Below, piece by piece: positions 21,445 through 32,000 of a stretch of 51,668 bases of DNA (its first letter is position 1; every line of letters begins with the position of its first letter). Under the pieces are notes generated by a model. The model did not search any database, was not told where the DNA came from, and saw only the letters and a list, made by a program, of their open reading frames with translations. The position numbers were made by a program, and so were the translations under genes. Location: positions 1 through 51,668 of the forward strand of contig LT635921.1 of the NCBI GenBank assembly GCA_900128565.1. Reading direction: 5' to 3'. The DNA comes from Stramenopiles sp. TOSAG23-6. Lineage: Eukaryota.

Positions 21445-22080
21445 ATGTCTTCACATAATTTTAAAGCCGTGGTGAAAGTGAATAACTTACTTTCACAACG
21501 ACGTACGATGAAGTTAGCACAGCGAACGATGGACGCAGCTCCAAAGAACGCTACTTGGCACTTAATTGATGCGGAAAACATGGTTATAGGCCGGTTATCA
21601 ACACGCATTGCATCCCTACTTCGCGGAAAGCACAAGCCTACTTATCGCCCAGACGCTGACACTGGAGACTACGTCGTTGTGGTTAATGCAGAAAAAGCAG
21701 GTTTTACTGGTGCAAAGTATAAGGAGAAAAAATATCATTGGCACACAGGTTGGGTTGGTCATTTAAGAAAGACGACACCTGAAAGGTTACACGAGAAAGG
21801 TATGCCGGAGGAGGTTCTCCGCCGTGCTGTGAGTGGTATGCTCCCCAAGAATAAGTTGCGTAGAACATACGAAACAAAACTTAAAATATTTCCTGGTCCT
21901 GATCATTATTTCGGTGATGTTATACCAAAAGATCAACAACCATTGTTCCCTCGTGATAAGATAGTTACTGCTGAAGTCGAGGATGAACTCACGGTAGAGG
22001 AAAAGAAGGTCCTTGCTGAGGAGGAAGCCATGGTTCTTAAAGCTGTAAAGGAAGAAGGGGCTATAGTGTATGATGTATAA
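21445..22080 (+). CDS. MRPL13: Mitochondrial ribosomal protein uL13m
   Basis: WHLIDA...GRLST.IA..LRGKHKPTY.P..D.GDYVVVVNAEK and AVSGMLPKNKL; basic N-terminal presequence. Confidence 0.93.
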   Translation: MSSHNFKAVVKVNNLLSQRRTMKLAQRTMDAAPKNATWHLIDAENMVIGRLSTRIASLLRGKHKPTYRPDADTGDYVVVVNAEKAGFTGAKYKEKKYHWHTGWVGHLRKTTPERLHEKGMPEEVLRRAVSGMLPKNKLRRTYETKLKIFPGPDHYFGDVIPKDQQPLFPRDKIVTAEVEDELTVEEKKVLAEEEAMVLKAVKEEGAIVYDV

Positions 22081-22130
22081 TTCGTTAGATTTTGAAAATT
22101 TATAAAAATAGTTTATTAGCATTTTTTTTC

Positions 22131-23540
22131 TCAAAATCGGGAGATATCTCTACCAAATATCCAAGCTTTGAACCAATACATTGGAATAAGCACCATATTT
22201 GAGTAAGAAAGTTGTTTCGTCCAATATGTAGAGCGCCAAGCTGCTAAAGCAGTTTTACCACAAAATCCAACTCGAGGAAGAGGTAATTCAGAATGTGTGA
22301 GATCCATTACAGCAGATTGACTTCCACTCGAAACTGTTATACCCCGCTCAACGTATCTAAATGCAGGTGATGCTTTGTAGAATTTATTTAATAAAGCAAG
22401 CCCTTTGAAAGGCATTGCGACGGGATGTACAGGTGCAGGTATTGGTAATGATATCTCTTCATTTGATGAAAGCAGTTCATCAGTGTGATTTACATAACTA
22501 TCATTAAAACACTTTATCAAGTACTCACCTTGCTGCTCTGCTGAGCTTGCTGTAGGTGGAAGCACCGAACTATCTGTACTACTTTTTTGTGTTGCAGCAC
22601 AATCTCCAACTGCAAATATTCGACCATCATTTTGAGTACCAACAGCTCGTAAGTAATTATCAACTACAATTCGACCTCCTACTTTATCAACTTGAAGATT
22701 TTCAACAAATTTCACAGGTGCAAGTCCTGCAGACCATACCATCATGCCAAATGGAATTTCATCCTTATCATTACCTAGTTGAGCAACACTCGAAAATTTC
22801 CCCTTCTTTATTGCAGTTACAGGAGTTTCAGTCATTACAGTGATCCCACGTTTTACTAACTCTTCATCATATTGCTCAACACAAGCAGCATCAAAAGACC
22901 CTAAAATTCGAGGGCCAGCTTCAATTATAGTTAACTTGACCTTTTGTGCCAGATCAGGATACCAAGTTCGTAAATCATCGTTTACAAAATCTGAAAGCTC
23001 TGTGGTAAATTCACAACTAGTAGCACCTCCACCAACAATTACAAATGAAAGCAGTGCATCTCGTTCAGCTTCATCTATTACAGGGTTAGTTGCTCTCTCC
23101 ATACATTCTAAAATACGTTGACGTATCTGGCGTGCGTGATAAAGATGTTTCAAAAAATAGACGTCATCACCTTCTCGATCTAAAACTCCTGATGCTTCAA
23201 ACGTGTTAGTCTTACAACCTGTAGCAATTATCAAAATGTCATATTTAACGTCAAACTTACGACTCTTGAAAATATCTTCACATCTTATGACTCTTGAAGA
23301 TGTATCAACTGTGCGTGCTTTTGCTTGGTAAAACTCGGACAGTCCTTTTATTGTTCGTACAGGTTCCTGGATTGCCCTAAATTCTAGTGTCCCAACAGCA
23401 GTTGATGGTAATAAGGGTGTGAATAGAAAATGATTAGCAGGCGAAATCACTCTAACGTCAAAAGCGGCTTTATTAAGTCCTCGGGCTAGTACATTTCCTG
23501 CCCATCCTGAGCCAACTATTACTACTCTGGGTAAGTTCAT
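22131..23540 (-). CDS. Type II NADH:quinone oxidoreductase (NDH-2)
   Basis: VVIVGSGWAG, ISPANHFLFTPLLPSTAVGTLEFRAIQEPVR, IVGGGATSCE, FAVGDC, C-terminal WIFGRDISRF. Confidence 0.95.
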   Translation of the reverse strand: MNLPRVVIVGSGWAGNVLARGLNKAAFDVRVISPANHFLFTPLLPSTAVGTLEFRAIQEPVRTIKGLSEFYQAKARTVDTSSRVIRCEDIFKSRKFDVKYDILIIATGCKTNTFEASGVLDREGDDVYFLKHLYHARQIRQRILECMERATNPVIDEAERDALLSFVIVGGGATSCEFTTELSDFVNDDLRTWYPDLAQKVKLTIIEAGPRILGSFDAACVEQYDEELVKRGITVMTETPVTAIKKGKFSSVAQLGNDKDEIPFGMMVWSAGLAPVKFVENLQVDKVGGRIVVDNYLRAVGTQNDGRIFAVGDCAATQKSSTDSSVLPPTASSAEQQGEYLIKCFNDSYVNHTDELLSSNEEISLPIPAPVHPVAMPFKGLALLNKFYKASPAFRYVERGITVSSGSQSAVMDLTHSELPLPRVGFCGKTALAAWRSTYWTKQLSYSNMVLIPMYWFKAWIFGRDISRF

Positions 23541-23859
23541 TTTGAGTTTGTTTTTCTTGTATTATTCTTCAAAGAATCGTTCGCGAATAGCCAGGAACTG
23601 AGAATTGATGTCAACACCCGGAAACGGAAACTTGTACGTTAAAATTAGGCCTAATTTAATTAGGAGTTACATTTTTCTATAATAACGATTATTATTATTA
23701 TTATTATAGTACTGGTACTTTAGTAATCAACCAAAGCTAGCTTAGTTAGAGCAACACAATTCTTCGTTGGACTTGTAGCTATATAAACGTAGCTTTACAT
23801 GCTGTTACTAAGTTTTTATTGCTAAGGACTGTGTCAAAGTGAAGCAAATTGAGGGGAGG

Positions 23860-26800
23860 ATGCCAAATTCTTCTTCCTTACACAAAAAACATGTGAAGAT
23901 ACCAGGTAGTAAGCGACGTATATCTGATTTATCCAGTACTTCACCTTACAATAGTGCTGGTTTGGCGTACAAAGGTAACCTTTCAAGATCACAAACAGCG
24001 AAGGCTAGATCAAGTCGCATACCTTCTATAGAGCAAACGAATAAACGGGAGATACCACGTGTAAATACATCTCCCCCACTATTGAAACTTCTTCGTAGGA
24101 TAGTATCACAAAATGATATGCTAAGAAAGGATATCAATACACTTAAGAATACACAGATGCGTATGGAACAGAACGAAATTGATCGAGAAAAACGAAATGC
24201 TGAAGTACAGGCTCGAGGTCCTGTTCACGAATTATTGATAGGTTCTCCAACACCAGCAGAACAAGCATTGGTTTCTTTATTACCAGAGTGTGAAAATATT
24301 GTACCTGGAATTGGGAACCACATACGTCGTCTTGTTGGTCGCAATAGACTTCATTTAGCAGGGCGGAGTATTGCTTTAGACTATAATCCAGATGATGGTC
24401 TTGTACTTGTTCGAGATTTGATAGGCGAACGACGACGTATAAATTCCATGCGTAGTGACCGTGTCAGGAAACCGCCAAAACCTAGGCATATTATACTATG
24501 GATTACTAAACATCAAATAGAATTACGAAATTTTATAGCCAGAGTAACTGGTAAAGCTTTCATCGATAGTGACATTTGTCAAGTTGAATGCAAGAGTAGT
24601 ATTGAGACACCGATCTCCCCAGGAAACTTTATTAGTAACAATAACGAAGACTTATATTCTGAGACATCTAAACAAATTTTAGCAATGTCTAATGATCTTG
24701 ATAAACTTACGTGTAAAGTCGATTCCCTTTCTACAATGATGCATTCTTTAAAGGAGCAACATAAACAGACTTCGGGTGATGGCGATGTCCAGAAAAAAAC
24801 TTTGCAGAGCACACTCGACCATTTAGTTTCTACAGTAAATCAGCAACGCAGTGAAATTAATAAATTTATAAAAAGTAATAGCGACAAGAAGGAAGTGTAC
24901 AATGAAGAATACCGTGATCGCGAGAAGGCTTTGTCTGATAACAATTCTAGATTACAAAATAATATGAATAATTTGATTGATGCCTTATCTAGAAGTGACG
25001 TGACAAAACTAACAGGATCGTCCCAGACAATCGTAAGTACAGCGAATGAATTTGAAATGAAAAAGATGCATGCCTCTCTAAAGGTTTTACAAAAAGATAT
25101 GACAAGTGTAAAGGATCATTTTACAGCTATTTCGACCAAGACTAACAAGATAGGCAATGAAAATATTTATTCAGCACTCGAAGATCTAAAGAATGAAATA
25201 AAGGAAATAAAAAAAACAAATGATACGCAAAAATTAAGAAATGAAACGCAGCTCCGGGAAATGCAAAATACGTTGCAAGCTTTGCACAAATGTATCTCAG
25301 AGAGAAAGGATATTCAGAATAGTACTTTACTAACAGAACAAGAAATGAGAATAGAAAATCAAAATACGCAAAGTGCATCATCTACAAATATCCCAATATT
25401 GAGAACAGGAGAGCAAATAAAAGAAATATTAGAAGATTGTTTAGAAAAGACAATGACGAGTATGCGTGTAGAAGAAAGAATACATTATCAAAAACTTGAC
25501 GAAACTTTGCGGGTTACAAATGAAAAGGTAGAAAATATTTCGAGGTCATTAATTTCGAGTTCAATAGAGGGAAAACAAGTGGAGCCAACTAGTAATAGTA
25601 ATGAAAATCTGGCAAAAGAAACAAGTGATAATGTAAAATCGTACCGTAAAAAAATGTCAGCAAGACACAATGAAGTTACCACTATGTTAAATATGATACT
25701 AAAGGCATTAAAATTATTAAGTGAGCATCGAGGAGGTGACATGCACCTATTAAGTGGGCATCAAGGAGGTGACATGCACCTATCGGAAGTTGACCCCCAT
25801 GGTCACAGCGACTCATTGAAAAGAGTTCTAAAAATGCTCAAAGGTATTCAAAAGGCAACTTCGATCAATCACAAGCATATGAATCTAATATATCACAGAA
25901 AGGGCGAAGGTGTGTGCAGTAGGATATTCGAGTCCATTCAAAAATTGCATCATAAAGTAGAAGGTTTCAAAGGTGAAATAGAGAAACAACATACTCAGTT
26001 ACTTGAAGGAATTGATAATCAAGCATATACCAATACTCCTACTGATCAAAGTAAAAGGTCAAATGAAATATCTGAAATAAATTCCTTAAAAAAGGCATTG
26101 CGTAAACTTAGACTTCAAGCAGCAATTGATTCCGGTAAGCATGCAGTGTACAGATCTAAGACAATTGAGCTCGAGAAGACAACAATAAAATTATTGAAGC
26201 TTGAAGATCAACTTGTTGAAGCTTACACTCAGATAGACAGTCTTGCTGCAACAAAACTCCAAGCAACACAACGTGGGAATGCTATCCGTAAACGTTCTAT
26301 AGAAAAAGAAAAGGAAGTAAAGTATGTAACTGAAAATAAAGTCGCTAGTACCAAAGCAGATGGATCAAAAACAGAGCATACTTTATCTTTAAAAGATGTA
26401 CCAACAGTGGAAATTTCAAACGGGCATCACTCAATTGTTGCAAACGAAAGTCCTGAGACATTAGCTGCTATAAAAATACAAGCGTGTCATAGAGGAAGGA
26501 CGACACGTAAAACTATAGTATCAAATAAAATTATTTCTGAAGCCGCAGCAGCAACTAAAATTCAGGCAAGACAAAGAGGTATGAATGTGCGTAAAAAAGA
26601 AAGAACAAAGGTAAAACCCAAGGCAAAGTTTGTAGTAGGCGAGACAGTTGCTGCACGTTACATCGACAGCCCAAATTACTACGAAGCGATCATTAAAGAT
26701 GTTGTACAAAACAATGAAATATTTTCATACACATTGCTATTTTCTGACGGTGATTTTCAGAAAGGNATCACTGAAAGCAATATCAAATCCCTCCGTGGTC

Positions 26801-27060
26801 TCATAGATAATAAACATAGTTCTATACATTATAAAGCTGAAACACCAGATAGCCCAAACACTTTTGATCGTTCCACAATTGAATATTGTATTGGTCAATC
26901 CGTCGCAGCTCGTTATAATGGCGGAGAAGAATACTTTGAAGGAATAATTATTAAAATGAACGATAATTTTACATTTTTTGATGTAAAGTATAGTGATGGA
27001 GAGATTGAAAAAGATATTCCAAGAGATTTTCTTGATGCCAATTTTAAGTTAGTTGAATAG
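23860..27060 (+). CDS. Coiled-coil protein with two IQ motifs and two C-terminal Tudor-like domains
   Basis: AAIKIQACHRGRTTRK and AATKIQARQRGMNVRK; FVVGETVAARY...YYEAII...YTLLFSDGD and IGQSVAARYNGGEEYFEG...DVKYSDGE. First ATG at 23860. Confidence 0.85.
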   Translation: MPNSSSLHKKHVKIPGSKRRISDLSSTSPYNSAGLAYKGNLSRSQTAKARSSRIPSIEQTNKREIPRVNTSPPLLKLLRRIVSQNDMLRKDINTLKNTQMRMEQNEIDREKRNAEVQARGPVHELLIGSPTPAEQALVSLLPECENIVPGIGNHIRRLVGRNRLHLAGRSIALDYNPDDGLVLVRDLIGERRRINSMRSDRVRKPPKPRHIILWITKHQIELRNFIARVTGKAFIDSDICQVECKSSIETPISPGNFISNNNEDLYSETSKQILAMSNDLDKLTCKVDSLSTMMHSLKEQHKQTSGDGDVQKKTLQSTLDHLVSTVNQQRSEINKFIKSNSDKKEVYNEEYRDREKALSDNNSRLQNNMNNLIDALSRSDVTKLTGSSQTIVSTANEFEMKKMHASLKVLQKDMTSVKDHFTAISTKTNKIGNENIYSALEDLKNEIKEIKKTNDTQKLRNETQLREMQNTLQALHKCISERKDIQNSTLLTEQEMRIENQNTQSASSTNIPILRTGEQIKEILEDCLEKTMTSMRVEERIHYQKLDETLRVTNEKVENISRSLISSSIEGKQVEPTSNSNENLAKETSDNVKSYRKKMSARHNEVTTMLNMILKALKLLSEHRGGDMHLLSGHQGGDMHLSEVDPHGHSDSLKRVLKMLKGIQKATSINHKHMNLIYHRKGEGVCSRIFESIQKLHHKVEGFKGEIEKQHTQLLEGIDNQAYTNTPTDQSKRSNEISEINSLKKALRKLRLQAAIDSGKHAVYRSKTIELEKTTIKLLKLEDQLVEAYTQIDSLAATKLQATQRGNAIRKRSIEKEKEVKYVTENKVASTKADGSKTEHTLSLKDVPTVEISNGHHSIVANESPETLAAIKIQACHRGRTTRKTIVSNKIISEAAAATKIQARQRGMNVRKKERTKVKPKAKFVVGETVAARYIDSPNYYEAIIKDVVQNNEIFSYTLLFSDGDFQKXITESNIKSLRGLIDNKHSSIHYKAETPDSPNTFDRSTIEYCIGQSVAARYNGGEEYFEGIIIKMNDNFTFFDVKYSDGEIEKDIPRDFLDANFKLVE

Positions 27061-27140
27061 AAAATTTTCAAAGGTACATTACATTTATAAATTAATATCA
27101 TAATCATGTGAACAGGAGCGGTTTCGTAACATATTATTTC

Positions 27141-27851
27141 CTATAGTGTATTTTCTTTAAGTGGAGGAATATCCCAACCGTCTTTCATATTTTTCTCCTT
27201 TTTATGTAGGGAATCACAGCAACAACAGAAGACGCTCCAAAGTACAAGTTTATAATATGAAGCACCCATCCCACCATGGGATTGATGCATACGGTACTGT
27301 ATCGAAGCAACAAAAAGTATATATCCTACATATCGAACTATCATAACAGCAAGTATAGCTTCATCATCTACCTTTAGTGTCTTCGATTTTTTTTTTTTTG
27401 AATCAGCAAGATTGTAATAAAAAATAAGTCCAACTAAAAGTATTGACAGAACCATTATTATCATCTGAAGCCAATTCCATACTGTTAGAAGAAATTGCTC
27501 CACGCGACTATTTCGAGCTGGGAAGAAAAAATTCGCAGCCCCTGCATACATTATTTCTAGAACTATTTCAAATGTTAAAACCGAAGTTACAAAAATTTCT
27601 AAGAATAAGAAAAATGGTTGTGTAGGAACACCCTTTGAAGTACTAATTGTTAATACCAATAAGAGTACAATTAAGACTAACAAAAATGCCTGAAAAATTA
27701 GATATTCTAACGAGTACCTTAAGTGAACAACCCAGTCATAAGTCTTCATCTTTGACTGTGAGTCGTTCGTCTGAAACTTTTGATCTTCGCTTTCTATAAG
27801 CCTTTGTCTTTCCGCCACCGCATGAATTGGTTCAAATTGCTTATATTGCAT
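27141..27851 (-). CDS. Four-TM membrane protein resembling an isolated, degenerate voltage-sensor (S1-S4) domain
   Basis: Hydrophobic helices with S2-like LEIFVTSVLTFEIVLEI and S3-like WNWLQMII; Cys cluster CCCC near the C-terminus. Confidence 0.65.
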   Translation of the reverse strand: MQYKQFEPIHAVAERQRLIESEDQKFQTNDSQSKMKTYDWVVHLRYSLEYLIFQAFLLVLIVLLLVLTISTSKGVPTQPFFLFLEIFVTSVLTFEIVLEIMYAGAANFFFPARNSRVEQFLLTVWNWLQMIIMVLSILLVGLIFYYNLADSKKKKSKTLKVDDEAILAVMIVRYVGYILFVASIQYRMHQSHGGMGASYYKLVLWSVFCCCCDSLHKKEKNMKDGWDIPPLKENTL

Positions 27852-28111
27852 ATCTATCCTAAAAATATGTTTTGGAAAGGGGCAGCAATTCAGTCAAAGC
27901 CAAAGTTGCAGCGATTCGGTTTGGTTTTAACGAAAAAAAAAAAGTACACCCCACAGGAGCAAAAAGAGAAGCAAGGAAAGTCGAGCAGGTTTGTTTGTTT
28001 TTTTTAAACGGTCAAGTTCAACAACACTTCTTGACTTTGAAGATCAGATCTCAGATCTTCTTGTATTTGTATAATGAGTAAATAAACTTGTTCTGCAAAT
28101 TGGCCAAAATC

Positions 28112-29008
28112 ATGGTTTCAACTTTTGACCCAGAGCCATATCTTGAAAAGTGGTATGTGCAGCCATGTTCTTATAATAAGCGTGATGTCTTAATGTATGC
28201 ATTGGGCATTGGTTGTACTGAGTTAAACTGGATTTATGAAAATGACTTAGATTTCTCTATTTTTCCCACTTTTCCAGTCAACCTTCTATTTAAAGGAACT
28301 TCTCAAGATGTTGTGTCATTTCCATCGCCTGTTATATTTAACGGACCTATTATGGCAATGCCACAACTTCCTGGAACCAAAGTTATTTTGGATGGCGAAC
28401 GACACATTGAAAAATTTCATGAGTTGAATCCAGATGGAGAAGATTTGAAGTTGAGGGAGAAACTCGTTGGAGTTCATCAGAAGGGTAAAGGAGCAAGCGT
28501 GGAGCAAATATCTGAGATTTTGGACAAATATGGGAAAGTGTATTACCGGATTATATCACTTTCATTTTTTGTCGGTGCTCGTGGATTTAAAGATTCTGGG
28601 AAAAGTTATTCTGAAAAGGTTATTATTCCACGTCGAGAACCAGATTATGTAGAGGAAATTCAAACTTCTAAATACCAAACTAACGTATATCGATTGAGTG
28701 GAGATTATAATCCTTTACATATTGATCCAAACTTCGCACTGGTATCAGGTTTTCATACACCGATTATGCACGGGCTTTGCAGCATGGGAATCAGTGTGAG
28801 AGCAATTATGGGACGTTTCTCAATAACATCCGAAATATTTAAGGCAGTTAAGGTAAGATTTGCAGCCCCTGTAGTGCCTGGACAGACGCTTTGTGTTGAA
28901 ATGTGGAAAGATGGGCCTCGCGTGATTTTCTTGTCAAAAGTTAAAGAAACAGGAGTCATTGTAATTAATAATTCTTATGTAGATTTAAATATGAAATCCA
29001 AGATGTAA
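28112..29008 (+). CDS. Peroxisomal enoyl-CoA hydratase 2 (MaoC/hot-dog fold)
   Basis: Hydratase-2 motif YRLSGDYNPLHIDP...PIMHGLCSMG; LMYALGIG; C-terminal PTS1 SKM. Confidence 0.93.
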   Translation: MVSTFDPEPYLEKWYVQPCSYNKRDVLMYALGIGCTELNWIYENDLDFSIFPTFPVNLLFKGTSQDVVSFPSPVIFNGPIMAMPQLPGTKVILDGERHIEKFHELNPDGEDLKLREKLVGVHQKGKGASVEQISEILDKYGKVYYRIISLSFFVGARGFKDSGKSYSEKVIIPRREPDYVEEIQTSKYQTNVYRLSGDYNPLHIDPNFALVSGFHTPIMHGLCSMGISVRAIMGRFSITSEIFKAVKVRFAAPVVPGQTLCVEMWKDGPRVIFLSKVKETGVIVINNSYVDLNMKSKM

Positions 29009-29034
29009 TAAATTTATGAATTCATTTGTTTATT

Positions 29035-32000
29035 TCACTTTACTTTTTCTACAGGAATATTCAAATCTTTAGCTAGTTCTCTTGGTATTTCCATTGATTT
29101 TGGTTTATCGTTTGCTATTGAATGCATCAATGTCTTGTAAGATAATTTGTCTATACCTAAAGTTCGTGCATTGATATTGTCCTCGCCAATTTCGTTCGAC
29201 AATTTTGTCACTGGTAATCTTCTCCGCCTATTTGATTCAGGGCGCTTCGACTTACTCTGGTGTTTCTTAATTTGTGGCATTGTCCATTCTTGACCATGAC
29301 CAAATAATACACCAGATGCATCAGTACCGATGGTGACACGAGGAATTTCTTCTTTCACGCGATTAGGTGCAACTACAGGTTTACCACAATCCGATGATTC
29401 AACTTCAATTTCTTTATTTTCTTCAATATGTTTTGCATCTAGATCCAATAAATAATGATCAAATGGAATATTGTCGGAATCAATCATGATTGGATCAATA
29501 CCCCTTTTTGTTTTTGTTGATTTCTTGGTATGAGCTTGTACATTCTTCATATTCTTTTCGTGAACTGTAAGTGTCGGTTTCTGTAAAGTATCACTTTTCT
29601 TCATTGTTACGTTTAACTCTTTTGTTCTATAATCTGATGAGTCATGTGTGGGCTTTTCATTAGCATTCCTTAATTTAGAAGAATTTGAGGAGACTGAACT
29701 TTTAAATGGTACACCCTGGGTAACATTTGTTTTTGAATCATCTGTTTTTTTAACTGGCGTTTCTTGTTTGGACCTATTTTCGGGCATTTTCTTTAATGTC
29801 CTTTTTCCACCCCTTGCAATCATTTCAGGCTCATCATCTTTTCTAGTTTTCAGTCTTCTGATATTATAAACTCGCTTCCTCGCAGACTTATCTCTTGTAT
29901 GTTTATTAGCATATATAATTGCATCATCCAACTTTTGTTTCTTTTCACTGACAGTCATTAATCGTTTTGTTTCTCTTCTCTTCGGTCTGGTTAATTTTAC
30001 CTTCGAAATATTTTTTGTTTTATTACTTTGAGGTTGACTTGCCGAATGTGATTTACTTTCTTCAGGATATTCTGCCTTGATCAACTCGTCGATAACTGAT
30101 GTAACGTTTTCTGAGTCTCTATGTGCAAATAGATTAGGTGGAAGCTCAATATTTAATTCTTTTGCAGCGGTCATTGCAATACGGTTTTGTCGATCAACCC
30201 AAGTTGGCGAACCTACTACATCAAAAGTACTAGATGCTGTATAATGACCAGGCCCAGGGAAATTTTCGTTGCGCTTCATTGCCGCTTCTGTTGAAGTCAT
30301 CCCAATATGCTTACCCCATGTACCACCAGTTGCTACAAGTGTACTAGGTAAGTTATATTGTCCAGGGGATGGCATTTCAGCTGCACGTTTTTGTAGAATT
30401 TCCACGTCCGATGGCGCACTGGATGAGTTAAATTTCCCCCCTGAAACCTTCGGAGTATTTAATACATATGCACCTGATGTAATGTGTGGAATATATCAAG
30501 TATGTGAGAAATGAATGAAACAATTATGATGAAAAGAATACATTAAAATACAATATTTTTTGTAATAAATTCAAAATACGCCCTGGTGTAAGAGCAGCCT
30601 CTTTCATACGTATCTCAACATCACTATATCCCGAAGATTTACCCCAAGTTCCACCAGAAACAGCCAAAGTACTTGGTAGAGTATATTCACCTGGGCCAGG
30701 TAGACTTCTAGATTTCTTTTGTAAAATTTGAACATCTGATATGGGATTTGATAAATTGAATTTCCCACCTGATATTTTGGGTTGATGTACTGTATAAAAT
30801 CCAGGGGCTGGAGTTTGATTTGCATGTTTTATGACTTCTTCTGTAATTGTCATTCCAATGTGTTTACCCCATGTACCACCTGCTTTTGTGTATTGATCTG
30901 GAAAAATGTATTGGCCTGGACCAGGTGTAGAAGCTGCCCGTTTCTGTAAAATATCTATATCTGTTGGAGCATTTGATGTGCTGAATTTCCCCCCTGAAAC
31001 CTTCGGAGTATTTAACACATAAGCCCCCGATGTAATGTGTGGAATATATCAAGTATGTGAGAAATGAATGAAACAATTATGATGAAAAGAATACATTAAA
31101 ATACAATATTTTTTGTAATAAATTCAAAATACGCCCTGGTGTAAGAGCAGCCTCTTTCATACGTATCTCAACATCACTATATCCCGAAGATTTACCCCAA
31201 GTTCCACCAGAAACAGCCAAAGTACTTGGTAGAGTATATTCACCTGGGCCAGGTAGACTTCTAGATTTCTTTTGTAAAGCTTCAATATCTGACATGGGGT
31301 TAGATAAATTGAATTTTCCGCCTGATATTTTGGGTTGATGTACTGTATAAAATCCGGGCGCTGGAATTTGATCTGCATTTTTTGTTACTTCTTCTGTAAT
31401 TGTCATCCCAATATGCTTACCCCATATGCCACCAGTTGCTACAAGTGTACTAGGTAAGTTATATTGTCCAGGGGATGGCATTTCAGCTGCACGTTTTTGT
31501 AGAATTTCCACGTCCGATGGCGCACTGGATGAGTTAAATTTCCCCCCTGAAACCTTCGGAGTATTTAATACATATGCACCTGATGTAATGTGTGGAATAT
31601 ATCAAGTATGTGAGAAATGAATGAAACAATTATGATGAAAAGAATACATTAAAATACAATATTTTTTGTAATAAATTCAAAATACGCCCTGGTGTAAGAG
31701 CAGCCTCTTTCATACGTATCTCAACATCACTATATCCCGAAGATTTACTCCAAGTTCCACCAGAAATAGCCAAAGTACTTGGTAGAGTATATTCACCTGG
31801 TCCTGGACTAGAAACAGAACTTTCAGCTTGATTATTCTGTCTTCTATTAGTAATAGCAATTTTCCTTTTTTGTGTTTTTGCATAAAACTTCTCTTTTTCA
31901 AAACGTTCTCGCTTCTGGTTTATAATTTTGTAGTTATTTCGTATCATCTTGAGTACGAATGCCCTTTTTTTCTTTAAGTATGCCGCCTTTGAAGCTTCAG

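Larger units (their letters stand above)
30296..31802. repeat. 553-bp tandem repeat (450-nt exon + 103-nt intron), ~2.7 units
   Basis: Equivalent positions 30579, 31132 and 31685 are exactly 553 apart. Confidence 0.95.

Noticed and set aside
22131..22133. Possible alternative genetic code (TGA reassigned)
   Set aside because: TGA, TAA and TAG all terminate genes at plausible C-termini in this window.
23642..23657. Palindrome aaattaggcctaattt and similar short palindromes (~28039-28060, ~41152-41165)
   Set aside because: Short, unrelated to each other, and expected in AT-rich promoter DNA; no element structure.
30296..31802. Repeat array as a CRISPR array or mobile element
   Set aside because: The units are 553-bp exon+intron duplicates within a eukaryotic gene, with no spacers, terminal repeats or transposase.
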